NCBI GenBank assembly: GCA_022840695.1
Contig: JALHDC010000001.1
Coordinates: 2,516-66,515 of the forward strand
Source of the DNA: a bacterium
Lineage (GTDB): Bacteria > Patescibacteriota > Dojkabacteria > SC72
Length of the DNA stretch: 64,000 bases
Direction: 5' to 3'
Every line of letters begins with the position of its first letter. The stretch's first letter is position 1. Below the pieces are notes generated by a model. It saw only the letters and a list, made by a program, of their open reading frames with translations, had not been told where the DNA came from and made no database searches. This document shows, in pieces, positions 44,867 to 53,992 of this stretch. A program made the translations under genes and the position numbers.

Positions 44867-46303
44867 ATGCAAAGAAAATTTATCAATAAAGAAAGAGTAT
44901 TTATTATTACTGTTTTCTTTCTTTCTTCCATATGTCTTTCTATTCTATTTCAAGAATCTTTGTATAAATCATTGTTCCTCCTGCTAACTATTTTAATCTG
45001 GGGAGTATCCACTTTTTATACAAAAAGTATTTCTCTTTCCTCTTTTCTGTATATATTATTTGTTCTTCCATTCAATGTTACCTTACAACTCCCCCACTCT
45101 GTTCATATCGTTGGTACAGAGGTTTTGTTATCTACTCCATTCGTCTCAGGAATTTATGTTAATTACTTAGTCCCTACGGTTTCAATCCTAGATATTGCGG
45201 TTTTGCTTTTTCTGGCTTCTGCTATAGTGGAAAATGGTATTTCTGTTTATTGGAGACTATTAAAAAATTGGAAAAATGGAGTTTTAATTTTTTTAATTAT
45301 ATTAATTGCCCAAGCTTTAATGCTTAGTAGTTTCCTCTCGCTGTTTAACTCTATCCGATTATTTTTATATATCCTTTTTGTCATAACGATAGTAGTAGAG
45401 TTTAAAAAGAAATTTTCTCCTAAAACATATTCCTCTGTTCTTTTAATCTTCCTTTCTAATACTATTGTTCAAGGAGTAAGTAGTATGATTCAATTTACCA
45501 GAGGATCTTCATTGGGTATGAATTTTATCGGAGAATCACAGGTTGTAACTGGTATGCAGGGATCTAGTTTTTTAGAGTTGGGAGGACAATTATTTCTAAG
45601 GGGGTATGGCACATTCCCTCACCCTAATTTATTAGCCGGATACGTTCTTTTAAGTATACTTGTTGGAATTCTATTCTTTGAGAGACAGAAAATATTATCA
45701 ACTATTTTAATTATATTTTCCTTTATTGTTCTACTTTTTACCTTTTCAAGGGTATCAATACTTCTTGCTGGAATATTTTTCTTAGCTATTTTTATGAAAA
45801 AGATTATAAGTAAAAAATATATACTTAGTTCTTTCGTTCCCACTCTGCTATTTGAAAGATTTATGAATCTGTTCAATAACGGAGATAGTGGTTTGAATGA
45901 CAGGATATTACTTCTAAAGAAGAGTTTTGAATCATTGAAAGATAATTGGTTCTTAGGAGTGGGAGTTGGGAACTTTGTTAAATCTATGGAAAAGATGATT
46001 CCTAGGACTGCAAGGGGAATACCATTATTACAACCAGTTCACAACATTTTTATTCTTGCTATTTCTGAATTAGGATCAATTGGTTTCCTATCTTTTGTAT
46101 ATGTACTCTTTTACTTTTGTATATCTAGTATTAAGAGATGGAATTTAATAAAGAGTCTAGTAGTTCTCTATATTTTAATCATAGGAAGTTTTGATCACTA
46201 TCTTTTCTCTCTTCCTCAAGGATTAATGATATTCTCACTTCTTTTGATAATTCTCTGTTTAGATCATCTGTACGATGATAAAGAGGATATAAAGAAGAAT
46301 TAA
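44867..46303 (+). CDS. O-antigen ligase/Wzy_C-family polytopic membrane protein (possible O-oligosaccharyltransferase)
   Basis: About 12 TM helices. Loop with FTFSRVSILLAGIF...NDRILLLKKSFESLKDNWFLGVGVGNF...PVHNIFILAISELGSIGFL resembles the Wzy_C/WaaL/PglL signature (R...G.G.G.F...H.N...E.G). Confidence 0.45.
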   Translation: MQRKFINKERVFIITVFFLSSICLSILFQESLYKSLFLLLTILIWGVSTFYTKSISLSSFLYILFVLPFNVTLQLPHSVHIVGTEVLLSTPFVSGIYVNYLVPTVSILDIAVLLFLASAIVENGISVYWRLLKNWKNGVLIFLIILIAQALMLSSFLSLFNSIRLFLYILFVITIVVEFKKKFSPKTYSSVLLIFLSNTIVQGVSSMIQFTRGSSLGMNFIGESQVVTGMQGSSFLELGGQLFLRGYGTFPHPNLLAGYVLLSILVGILFFERQKILSTILIIFSFIVLLFTFSRVSILLAGIFFLAIFMKKIISKKYILSSFVPTLLFERFMNLFNNGDSGLNDRILLLKKSFESLKDNWFLGVGVGNFVKSMEKMIPRTARGIPLLQPVHNIFILAISELGSIGFLSFVYVLFYFCISSIKRWNLIKSLVVLYILIIGSFDHYLFSLPQGLMIFSLLLIILCLDHLYDDKEDIKKN

Positions 46304-47167
46304 GCCTATCCCCTCCTTTTTACTTATATAATACTTCTTTCCTAGTATCGCAAAAAGTATAAATATAACAGTTGCAAAGATGAGGAAAAGGAATTCCTCC
46401 ATGAAAGGCTTGAAATCAAGAGTTGTTATAAAAGAGGAGATACTTGTAACAAGAAGAATATCAAATATTGTAGAACCTAATATATTCCCCAACCCTATTT
46501 GTAGATTTCCCTTCTTTATTATTGCCAGTGAGGTTATTAACTCTGGTATAGATGTCCCTATAGCTAATATGAAGTATCCCACGGTTGTTTTTGCTAATCC
46601 ATAGCTTTCTGCAAAAAGTACAATATTATCTACACAAATCTTTCCAGAAAATATTAATAACCCAAAGGAAACCAAAAGGATTAATACATTAAATCTCGTC
46701 TTACTTGCTATTGTAATAGTATGGTTGTTATGTTTGGCAAGGTATATAGCAATGATTAATAAAATTACTGCTACTATTCCAATAATCCAATTCATTTTAA
46801 ATCCGAAGAGTAGGATAATGAGGAAGAATGATGAAAACATTATTAAGTTTGTGGGAATATTTCTCTTTATATCTATTTCGGATAGTTTATAGTTAGAAAA
46901 TAGTGCTAATATTCCTAATATCAATGATGATTTAACTATTGCGCTTCCTAATATTGTAGATATTGCAATTTCTGGGTGTCCAGTCATGGTTGAATATGTA
47001 CTTATCACCAGATCAGGCAGAGAAGTCCCTAGTGCTATGAGAGTAAAACCTATTAAAAAGCTACTAATCCTTATTTTTTTAGCTAATGCTATAGATTGCT
47101 CTATGAAGATCTCTGCAGACTTAATAAGAAAGAGTAACGAGAGTATTGCGAGTAAAATTTGAGGCAT
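46259..47167 (-). CDS. CaCA-family cation/Ca2+ antiporter (YrbG-like)
   Basis: Two alpha-repeat motifs GTSLPDLVISTYS and GTSIPELITSLAI; ~10 TM helices. Confidence 0.75.
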   Translation of the reverse strand: MPQILLAILSLLFLIKSAEIFIEQSIALAKKIRISSFLIGFTLIALGTSLPDLVISTYSTMTGHPEIAISTILGSAIVKSSLILGILALFSNYKLSEIDIKRNIPTNLIMFSSFFLIILLFGFKMNWIIGIVAVILLIIAIYLAKHNNHTITIASKTRFNVLILLVSFGLLIFSGKICVDNIVLFAESYGLAKTTVGYFILAIGTSIPELITSLAIIKKGNLQIGLGNILGSTIFDILLVTSISSFITTLDFKPFMEEFLFLIFATVIFILFAILGKKYYISKKEGIGLILLYILFIIVQMI

Positions 47168-47236
47168 ACTATTTTAAGAATGAATTATCCTTATGAATAG
47201 TACCATATATTAGGTATTTGTAGAAGTTTTTATGGG

Positions 47237-47254
47237 AACGGAGAGAGAGGGATT
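47237..47254. repeat. 18-nt exact direct repeat of the 3' end of tRNA-Ser(GGA) (AACGGAGAGAGAGGGATT), att-like
   Basis: Identical to 48031..48048 (discriminator, acceptor 3' strand and part of the T stem of the tRNA at 48033..48119). The two copies bracket only the ClpP-like gene. Confidence 0.5.
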
Positions 47255-47271
47255 TCTCAAAATGATTCTTT

Positions 47272-47955
47272 TTATATAACTTCATCAATAAATCCCATTT
47301 GAAGTGCTTGTTCAGATGTTAGATATGTTCCAACACCCATGTTTGCTTTCATTAAATCTTGAACACTTTCAGGAGTCATATCCTTTCCTGCTTTATTAAC
47401 CCTGTCCGCAACTATTTCCGAATATAATGTATATAGGGCTCGAGATTCTGCAATTTGGTGTTCTATTCTGTCGACTTCTCCCTCAACATATGTACTTATA
47501 GGATGGAAAAGCATTCTTGAATTTTCTGGCATCTGTCTAATATCGCCTGCCTGTATAATAAGAGCTCCCATCGACATTATCGGTCCATATCCTGTGATTG
47601 TTATTGGAACATTATGCTTTCGGGAGAACACTCTTAAAAGATCGTGAACTCCAAAGCCTGAATTCACAGAACCTCCAAAAGAGGAGAAATTAACCTGAAG
47701 GTGACTGAGGTCATTCTCATCATTTTCTATCTTGTATAAATCTGTGCTTACCTGTTTAAACATCTCTTGGTCTACTCTTCCATTGACAGTAATCTGGGGT
47801 TCTTGCCTGCGTAACCTTTCTGGAGAAATAATCCCATCGTATCTTTCATAAAATCCTTTTGGAACTTCTTGGCTCTTTCCAATCTCCTTTATTGCATCAC
47901 CGGATAAAGATGTTTGTCTATCTATGTACTTTGGGTAATCTTCTTGTCCTGTCAT
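47272..47955 (-). CDS. ClpP-family (S14) serine protease-like protein with N-terminal extension
   Basis: NFSSFGGSVNSGFGVHDLL...ITGYGPIMSMGALII...SRMLFHPIS aligns to the ClpP active-site regions (Ser in MSMG, His in FHP). No clpX adjacent. Lies inside the tRNA-Ser direct repeats, so a phage prohead-protease-type origin is possible. Confidence 0.7.
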   Translation of the reverse strand: MTGQEDYPKYIDRQTSLSGDAIKEIGKSQEVPKGFYERYDGIISPERLRRQEPQITVNGRVDQEMFKQVSTDLYKIENDENDLSHLQVNFSSFGGSVNSGFGVHDLLRVFSRKHNVPITITGYGPIMSMGALIIQAGDIRQMPENSRMLFHPISTYVEGEVDRIEHQIAESRALYTLYSEIVADRVNKAGKDMTPESVQDLMKANMGVGTYLTSEQALQMGFIDEVI

Positions 47956-48032
47956 AAAAGAATATTAACAGTAATATAAATAAATAACAAGATAATCAGA
48001 TAGTAGTTGTTTTTCAAGAAATTAGGCCGAAA

Positions 48033-48119
48033 CGGAGAGAGAGGGATTCGAACCCTCGGTATGATTTCTCATACGCACGCTCTCCAAGCGTGTCCTTTCG
48101 ACCACTCAGGCATCTCTCC
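48033..48119 (-). tRNA. tRNA-Ser (GGA), class II
   Basis: Revcomp GGAGAGATGCCTGAGTGGTCGAAAGGACACGCTTGGAGAGCGTG...CGAGGGTTCGAATCCCTCTCTCTCCG. Anticodon stem CACGC/GCGTG, loop TTGGAGA. Confidence 0.85.
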
Positions 48120-48183
48120 CTATATTTAGGCTATTCTATCAAATGTTGTTGATATTAACTAGATTAGAAGATAATATTAATTA

Positions 48184-48906
48184 ATGAAAGATTTTCCTAA
48201 AAAAATCTGGTTAATAGTCCTCTTCTTTTTATTACTATCCCTTTCGATCAATCTACTAAAAGAAAATCATGAAAAAGAGGAAGTACTCGGAATAAATAAT
48301 AAAAATATTGAGGAGGTAGTAATAGAAGAAAGCCTTAATATTGCAAAAGCACAGCTAGATATATCTAATAAAAGTGTAGAAAAGAATGAAGTCTATGTCC
48401 CCTACTATTGGAAGAATGGTTTAAATGTTGATTCTAAAGATTATTTATTAGGATATATTCCTTCTATTAATAGTTTTTATGAGTATTATGTATCTAAAAA
48501 TAAGATACTATTAGGAGTTAATCCTCGAAAATATGATTATGATATGGAAGAGGTAATGAATGTCGTAGATAATCGAGAGATGATATTTTCAAATGGTATT
48601 TTGAATGAAAGTCAGTATTTTCAGTGGGAAGAAAATTTATGTGATTCTTTCAGGTTGGATTCTGTAGGGAAGAAAATTTTTACCTGTTTAAACTGGTTGA
48701 ATTGGAGTGGAATTGAATTATCTAAGAAAAGTTTTGTATTAACAGATTGTAGTATAGAAGATACTGATGGATATTGCTTATTTGAGGAGTATAGTGAGAT
48801 ATACTATGATAGTAAGAAGTTAGGAGAAAAAAGGTGTTTCCAGAATGAGAATGAAGAATATCTTTGTGATTATGATGAGTATGTTAAACAAATAGAATAT
48901 AATTAA
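48184..48906 (+). CDS. Secreted/membrane-anchored Cys-containing protein, unknown function (240 aa)
   Basis: N-terminal hydrophobic segment IWLIVLFFLLLSLSINLL; eight Cys in the C-terminal half; first gene of a three-gene plus-strand block between two minus-strand tRNAs. Confidence 0.5.
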   Translation: MKDFPKKIWLIVLFFLLLSLSINLLKENHEKEEVLGINNKNIEEVVIEESLNIAKAQLDISNKSVEKNEVYVPYYWKNGLNVDSKDYLLGYIPSINSFYEYYVSKNKILLGVNPRKYDYDMEEVMNVVDNREMIFSNGILNESQYFQWEENLCDSFRLDSVGKKIFTCLNWLNWSGIELSKKSFVLTDCSIEDTDGYCLFEEYSEIYYDSKKLGEKRCFQNENEEYLCDYDEYVKQIEYN

Positions 48907-48923
48907 ATTTATTTACTGCCTTA

Positions 48924-50678
48924 ATGAGATTTATTAAATCATTTATATTTTCACTCTTTCTCATAATACTTCTCCCCTCCACCATTCTTGCCAGAGAGAT
49001 TATTAGAGAGGAAGACGGAGAAAGATGCATAGATTTGGAAGCTGCTTATGCAGATATTAATGATTCGAGTAAGGCATTGACAGGGCAGGATAATAGTGTT
49101 GATGCGGTTAAGAGAGTAAATACCGTAGCTTCTCTGACTAATATTATGTCAATCTTAATAGGAGATAGTATTTACTGTGTGAACGATGAAGCTTCTGTAT
49201 CGAATATCGGGGGATCAGATGACAATGGGCTTATTGGACAGTTATTAAATGCAAATTCACAAATGATTGCTTCGTTCCCGACAGTCAATGTCGGGCAACA
49301 CCTTGCCGAGGAGTTTATCCCTGGTTATCGCGACAATGTAGGAATTTTTGCATTGGGGATAGGAGATTATGAAGAAGATGATCTTGATAAAGAGGAAAGG
49401 AAGGGACAAAAAAGAATAAAGCAAATACAAGAGAAGGTGACAGATCCCTTACAAGAGCAATTTTTAGAAGATGCTAACCAAATTATTGAAGAGAGTGAAA
49501 ATTTGGAAAGTGTAGATACTTCAAACCCTGTTACAAATTCTGGTTATAACTATTTAAAGGATAATTTACATCTTGATGAGATTTGGGGTACTTTTAGAAA
49601 TATTGCCTACCTGGGATATGTAATTATTATTATTATTGTTGGTTTCATGATCATGTTCCGGAAGAATCTTCCTGGGCAAATCGTTGTATCGTTGGGAAAT
49701 ACAATCCCCCAGATTATATTCGGGCTCATTTTAGTAACATTTAGTTTCGCCATTGTTGGAATAGTTATGGATGTAGGTAAAACATCAATGAAAGTGATAG
49801 GTTCTATGTTTGTATCTGTGTATAAAGAGGAAGATCCTACTGTAACGGAGGAAGATTTGGTAGGAGTTGAAGATATTGGTTCCTTAACCGATGAAGCCTT
49901 AATAACTGCTAAACAGGACGGTTTTATAGTCTCTAATCTAAGAAAGCTGCCATTGATAGGCGAGAATTTAGCTGATTCATATTCTGGAACTGCCGGAACA
50001 GTTAAGAAAATTGTTGGACAATCAGTTGGTATATTTACATTAACTGCATTAGCAGATGTGATGACTAAGAATATTCAAAATATGCATTTTGATGTAAATA
50101 TTTTGGGGGTTGATTTGGTTTTGGATATCGCTGCGGAGACAATAAAGAGCATTATAACCCTTCCTCTGAATGCGATAAAAGTTGGTTTAACAACCTTTCT
50201 TATTAGAAACATATTACTTCTCCTAGTTTGTCTATATGCTTCTTTTAAATTGTTCATTACGATGTTAATGACATATCTTAAATTATTCATCAATGTCATA
50301 TTTGGCCCTATTCAGATAATGTTAGGTTCTCTTCCTGGAAATTTCTCTTCAACAACAAAATGGTTTAAATCCGTTATTGCAAATGTATTCACATTTGTAG
50401 GAATATACTTAGTTATAAATGTATTTGCATTCATATCTTCTGCAGTTGATCCTGCTCAATTCAATTTTTTTGGAAATAAAGGAGTATTTTGGCCAGATTG
50501 GATAGTCTCTTTAGAGGGAGTTATTTTAATAGCAGGCTATCTATTTGCAGCTAATATGCCAACAATAATTAATGGTGCACTAAAGATAGAGCAAAGTAAG
50601 GAGATGTCTATGGTTGGCCAATCAGTACAGAAGGCTGCAGGAAAAATACCTTTTATAGGTGGAATGTTTAATGGTTAG
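48924..50678 (+). CDS. Large polytopic membrane protein with signal peptide and ~200-aa extracytoplasmic domain (possible VirB6/TrbL-like)
   Basis: 584 aa. Cleavable-looking signal (FIFSLFLIILLPSTILA), then an acidic ectodomain, then at least 6 TM helices (IAYLGYVIIIIIVGFMIMF; IIFGLILVTFSFAIVGIVM; LLLLVCLYASFKLFITMLMTYL; VFTFVGIYLVINVFAFI; VILIAGYLFAANMP). Architecture, not sequence identity, suggests VirB6/TrbL. Confidence 0.55.
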   Translation: MRFIKSFIFSLFLIILLPSTILAREIIREEDGERCIDLEAAYADINDSSKALTGQDNSVDAVKRVNTVASLTNIMSILIGDSIYCVNDEASVSNIGGSDDNGLIGQLLNANSQMIASFPTVNVGQHLAEEFIPGYRDNVGIFALGIGDYEEDDLDKEERKGQKRIKQIQEKVTDPLQEQFLEDANQIIEESENLESVDTSNPVTNSGYNYLKDNLHLDEIWGTFRNIAYLGYVIIIIIVGFMIMFRKNLPGQIVVSLGNTIPQIIFGLILVTFSFAIVGIVMDVGKTSMKVIGSMFVSVYKEEDPTVTEEDLVGVEDIGSLTDEALITAKQDGFIVSNLRKLPLIGENLADSYSGTAGTVKKIVGQSVGIFTLTALADVMTKNIQNMHFDVNILGVDLVLDIAAETIKSIITLPLNAIKVGLTTFLIRNILLLLVCLYASFKLFITMLMTYLKLFINVIFGPIQIMLGSLPGNFSSTTKWFKSVIANVFTFVGIYLVINVFAFISSAVDPAQFNFFGNKGVFWPDWIVSLEGVILIAGYLFAANMPTIINGALKIEQSKEMSMVGQSVQKAAGKIPFIGGMFNG

Positions 50679-50689
50679 AGGTAAATGCA

Positions 50690-52630
50690 ATGGATAAAAA
50701 AAACGATTTAAACATATATGATTCGATTTTTAGTTTCATATTTGATGCTCAAGAAAAGAAAAGAAATAAACCGTTTCCTAAAAATATTGATGGAATGTCC
50801 GATTATGCTTCTGCTTTAGTTGAAATAGGTACTCAACCACTACTCTATCCCTTAGAATCAGCATTTAAATCCATTAATAGTAGTGTTGCAAAAGCAACCT
50901 CCATAGATTTAGGTGGAGGTATTTCAGCTGGATTGGGATCTGGAGCCTTTATGAATCCATCAAAATATTCCAAATCAGAAGTATCTAAAAATAGGGCAAG
51001 AGCTAAGTGGGCTTCTATAGGGGGATCCCTACATTATGCAATCGATGGGGCATTAATATCTTTGTATGCGAAATCAAATGGAGCTTCTTCGAGAACGGCA
51101 TATGAGGCAGGTGATCTCTTCAAGGAACTTTTGAAAGAAGAAATATATTCAGGATATAAATACTCAAATCACCATATATTTGGATCCGATTCTTTATCAA
51201 AAAAGGAAATAGAGGAAAAATCTAAGTCGAAGAGAAATGATCAAATATTCGGATATCGTTCTAAGGAGGAAATATTAGGATCAGAAGAAGAATTTTTTAA
51301 TAGGGCTGTTCAATTAAGAGCCTCTACCCTATCAGGATTGAATCCAAAACTTTCGAAATCTTGGTTAATTGCAAATGTTAAGGATTTACAAAAGGAACCT
51401 TCTAAAAATGAAAGAATAAAAAAGACTGCACAATTACTTTCCTTGCAAGGTTTAGATATGAAAGAAGGTCTTAATGTCGGATATTCTCTTTGGGGAAGTG
51501 CTAAGACATCCGATTTAGGATTATTCAGAGTTGGAGATGAAGTATGGAAATCAAAAAAAGAAGAAATAAGTAGAAATTATAATTTAGATAGGCAAGATAT
51601 TGGGAAGATTGAATATTATAGAGAAATAGAAGATATTAAAGAGAGGGAGAAAGCAGTATATACTTTTTTGAAGAATGATAAAAATTTGGATCCCAAAATT
51701 GCTTTTAATATTGCAAAGGAAATATCCAATATTCAGGTAAATGATGGGAATACCATTGCAAAGAATTCTATATATTGGTCATTAGCAGCTGATATTACAG
51801 AAAAACTAAAAAAAGATGGTAATTATGTAGAAATACCAGAAGTTAAAAAAAGGGTAGAGTCAATCCTACAACCATCTTCTAAATCAACTTTGGGAATGAA
51901 ATTTGAGAGGGGAATACTTATAGGAAATTGGTTAGCAAATAGTGGTTCTTGGGGATCTATATTAGTTGATGGAAATTGGGAGAAATTTGGAGTTGAGGAT
52001 ATTAACTTTACTAAAATAGTTGAGCCTGTATCTGTTAAGAAAGATGGTGAAGAGATAGGAACTTATTACAAAGGGGCTAATTCTGTTATTGGTAGATTAT
52101 TAGGTGATTTTTATTATTTTCATCCCAATAATTTAATAAAGGGATTATTTATTGATGGGAGTCTTTGGCTTAAGTGGGCCTGTGATAAGCAAGGGAATCT
52201 AAATACTAAAAGTTTCGCATATTTGATGAGTCAATTGAGTCTTAATAATTCACTGTCTTTCTTAATGAAACCTTTTAGGGGACTGACAAACAATGTTATT
52301 AAGATAATCAATCCTTTTTTTGAAGGGACAAAGAGATTTTTGAAAGGATTTTTTACCAAAATGTTAGGAGCTACTGGAATTGGTGGAATTTTGGTTAATC
52401 TTTTGATGAATGCAATCTCTGATAAATTTGCATATGTAATTAATCAAATTGTTATGGTTGTAGTATTAGGAGCAATAGGGATAGTATTTGTGATATTTGA
52501 TGCCTCTGGAGTAATGTATTCAGATGAGCCAATTAATACAGTAAAAGGGAAGGAGGATACCCAAGAGAATATTAATAACGAGAAGATATTTACTGATGAT
52601 GATTTTTTTGTAGATACTAGTGATAATTAA
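50690..52630 (+). CDS. Large protein with C-terminal TM helices, unknown function (646 aa)
   Basis: Soluble Lys/Ser/Gly-rich N-terminal 540 aa, then two or three TM helices (MLGATGIGGILVNLLMNAI; VINQIVMVVVLGAIGIVFVIF) and an acidic tail. Confidence 0.5.
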   Translation: MDKKNDLNIYDSIFSFIFDAQEKKRNKPFPKNIDGMSDYASALVEIGTQPLLYPLESAFKSINSSVAKATSIDLGGGISAGLGSGAFMNPSKYSKSEVSKNRARAKWASIGGSLHYAIDGALISLYAKSNGASSRTAYEAGDLFKELLKEEIYSGYKYSNHHIFGSDSLSKKEIEEKSKSKRNDQIFGYRSKEEILGSEEEFFNRAVQLRASTLSGLNPKLSKSWLIANVKDLQKEPSKNERIKKTAQLLSLQGLDMKEGLNVGYSLWGSAKTSDLGLFRVGDEVWKSKKEEISRNYNLDRQDIGKIEYYREIEDIKEREKAVYTFLKNDKNLDPKIAFNIAKEISNIQVNDGNTIAKNSIYWSLAADITEKLKKDGNYVEIPEVKKRVESILQPSSKSTLGMKFERGILIGNWLANSGSWGSILVDGNWEKFGVEDINFTKIVEPVSVKKDGEEIGTYYKGANSVIGRLLGDFYYFHPNNLIKGLFIDGSLWLKWACDKQGNLNTKSFAYLMSQLSLNNSLSFLMKPFRGLTNNVIKIINPFFEGTKRFLKGFFTKMLGATGIGGILVNLLMNAISDKFAYVINQIVMVVVLGAIGIVFVIFDASGVMYSDEPINTVKGKEDTQENINNEKIFTDDDFFVDTSDN

Positions 52631-52724
52631 AACTCCCCGATAGTATATTAAATTTGCTTAATATAAGGGCTATAGTTGTTATTGTAGTACGATGTTACAT
52701 CTACCTTAAAGGAAAGAATGTTTA

Positions 52725-52801
52725 TGGCGTACCTGGCCGGAATCGAACCGACAACCTACTGCTTAGAAGGCAGTTGCTCTATCCGATTGAGCTACAGGTA
52801 C
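52725..52801 (-). tRNA. tRNA-Arg (TCT), CCA encoded
   Basis: Revcomp GTACCTGTAGCTCAATCGGATAGAGCAACTGCCTTCTAAGCAGTAGGTTGTCGGTTCGATTCCGGCCAGGTACGCCA; anticodon loop CTTCTAA. Confidence 0.85.
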
Positions 52802-52845
52802 ATGACAAGAGCCATTTTATCAATAAATGAGGTTAAAATAAAGGA

Positions 52846-53139
52846 TTAGTTAACATTTAGAACAGATATCATAACTCCACCCTGTCTTTTTGGGAATCTT
52901 TTTAGAAATTCTGGGAACTTCTCTGGAAGGAATTCGATCTTTGTTTCTTTCTCAGAAAATTCATAATTCTTCAAATATTCTTGCCCTTCTTCCCAATTCA
53001 TACTTTTTAGATCATCTATTATTTTATTTTTATCAACCTTTGGTTTTACAGAACTTTTTGCAATAAGTTTAATCTTTACTCCTTGTTCATTACTTTCTAT
53101 TACAGAGATCTCTTTTTCTATTTCTTTATCTAATTCCAA
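52846..53139 (-). CDS. Hypothetical 97-aa protein
   Basis: Lys/Glu-rich ORF; no motif recognised. Confidence 0.35.
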   Translation of the reverse strand: MELDKEIEKEISVIESNEQGVKIKLIAKSSVKPKVDKNKIIDDLKSMNWEEGQEYLKNYEFSEKETKIEFLPEKFPEFLKRFPKRQGGVMISVLNVN

Positions 53140-53189
53140 ATCCCAATCTTTGTCTGTTTCAAATAAGTTCTTATCCTTTGCTTCCTTAG

Positions 53190-53992
53190 TTAGTAGCTCT
53201 TGATGCTATCAGATATAACTTCGCTTTTTAGAGAATCTTCTATAATCAGCCATTTATCAGATAGTCCTCTTAGTTCACTTTCTCCCTCCTCTATACCTAT
53301 TTTCTTCAGATCTTCCACACCAGCATCCACATCAGCCTTAGAAAGGACGGTATATTCCTCTTTAGATCCCCCTGTTATTGCTCCACTATTATTAAGTGCC
53401 AATAGTTCTGTGCTAGAGTATCCTTGGAATGTAAAAAGTTGACCAGAAGGTAGATTATATTCTTCTCCAACTTCTATAGCTGTAATTCCAGCTACCGTTA
53501 AAGTGGTACATTTAACAGATGTATCTGAATCTAATGTATAGACTTTTCCTTTTGTAGAAAGTGTGCTTCCTGCAGGAAGGTTAAGTGCTGCTGTCCCATC
53601 ATTACAATCCTCTTTTATTTGGTAGATCTGGATTTCTCCACACTTTCACTTTTTACAGGTATCTTAAGATTTTCAAAGTCTATCTCTTTTATATTCTCAT
53701 CTCCTTGAAATTCCCTCTCTATACTTACCTCTTTCGCTTCTACATATATTTTAACTTTAACGAGTAATGCTGTATTTAAATATATAAAGCCAACTAAAAG
53801 AATTAAAAGGACAACGGATATAGCTACTAAAGGTGCCAATTTCTTAAGTTTTATTGGTATTGGAATATTATTAAAAAAGTTTTTAATCTTTTCCCCAATT
53901 GCTCCTACATTAGGTTTAAAGTTCCTTCTTTCCTTTATCCTTTTTTCTGGTTGTATCTTTTTGGGATCCTGTGTTTTCTGGCTAAAATCCAC
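53190..53992 (-). pseudogene. Frameshifted gene: N-terminal TM-anchored part (53615..53992, GTG start) and C-terminal beta-rich part continuing to 53190 in another frame
   Basis: The frame that ends at TTA 53615..53617 is followed in the +1/-1 frame by an uninterrupted, protein-like frame from 53645 to the stop at 53190 (…TLTVAGITAIEVGEEYNLPSGQLFTFQGYSS…). That frame has no canonical start before the TTG at 53402. The junction lies in an A-rich stretch (ccaaataaaagagg). Confidence 0.4.

Noticed and set aside
47272-47955. Calling this gene the housekeeping clpP
   Set aside because: It has a ~50-aa N-terminal extension, a divergent active-site context, no clpX neighbour, and sits between direct repeats of a tRNA 3' end. 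It is called ClpP-family/prohead-protease-like instead.
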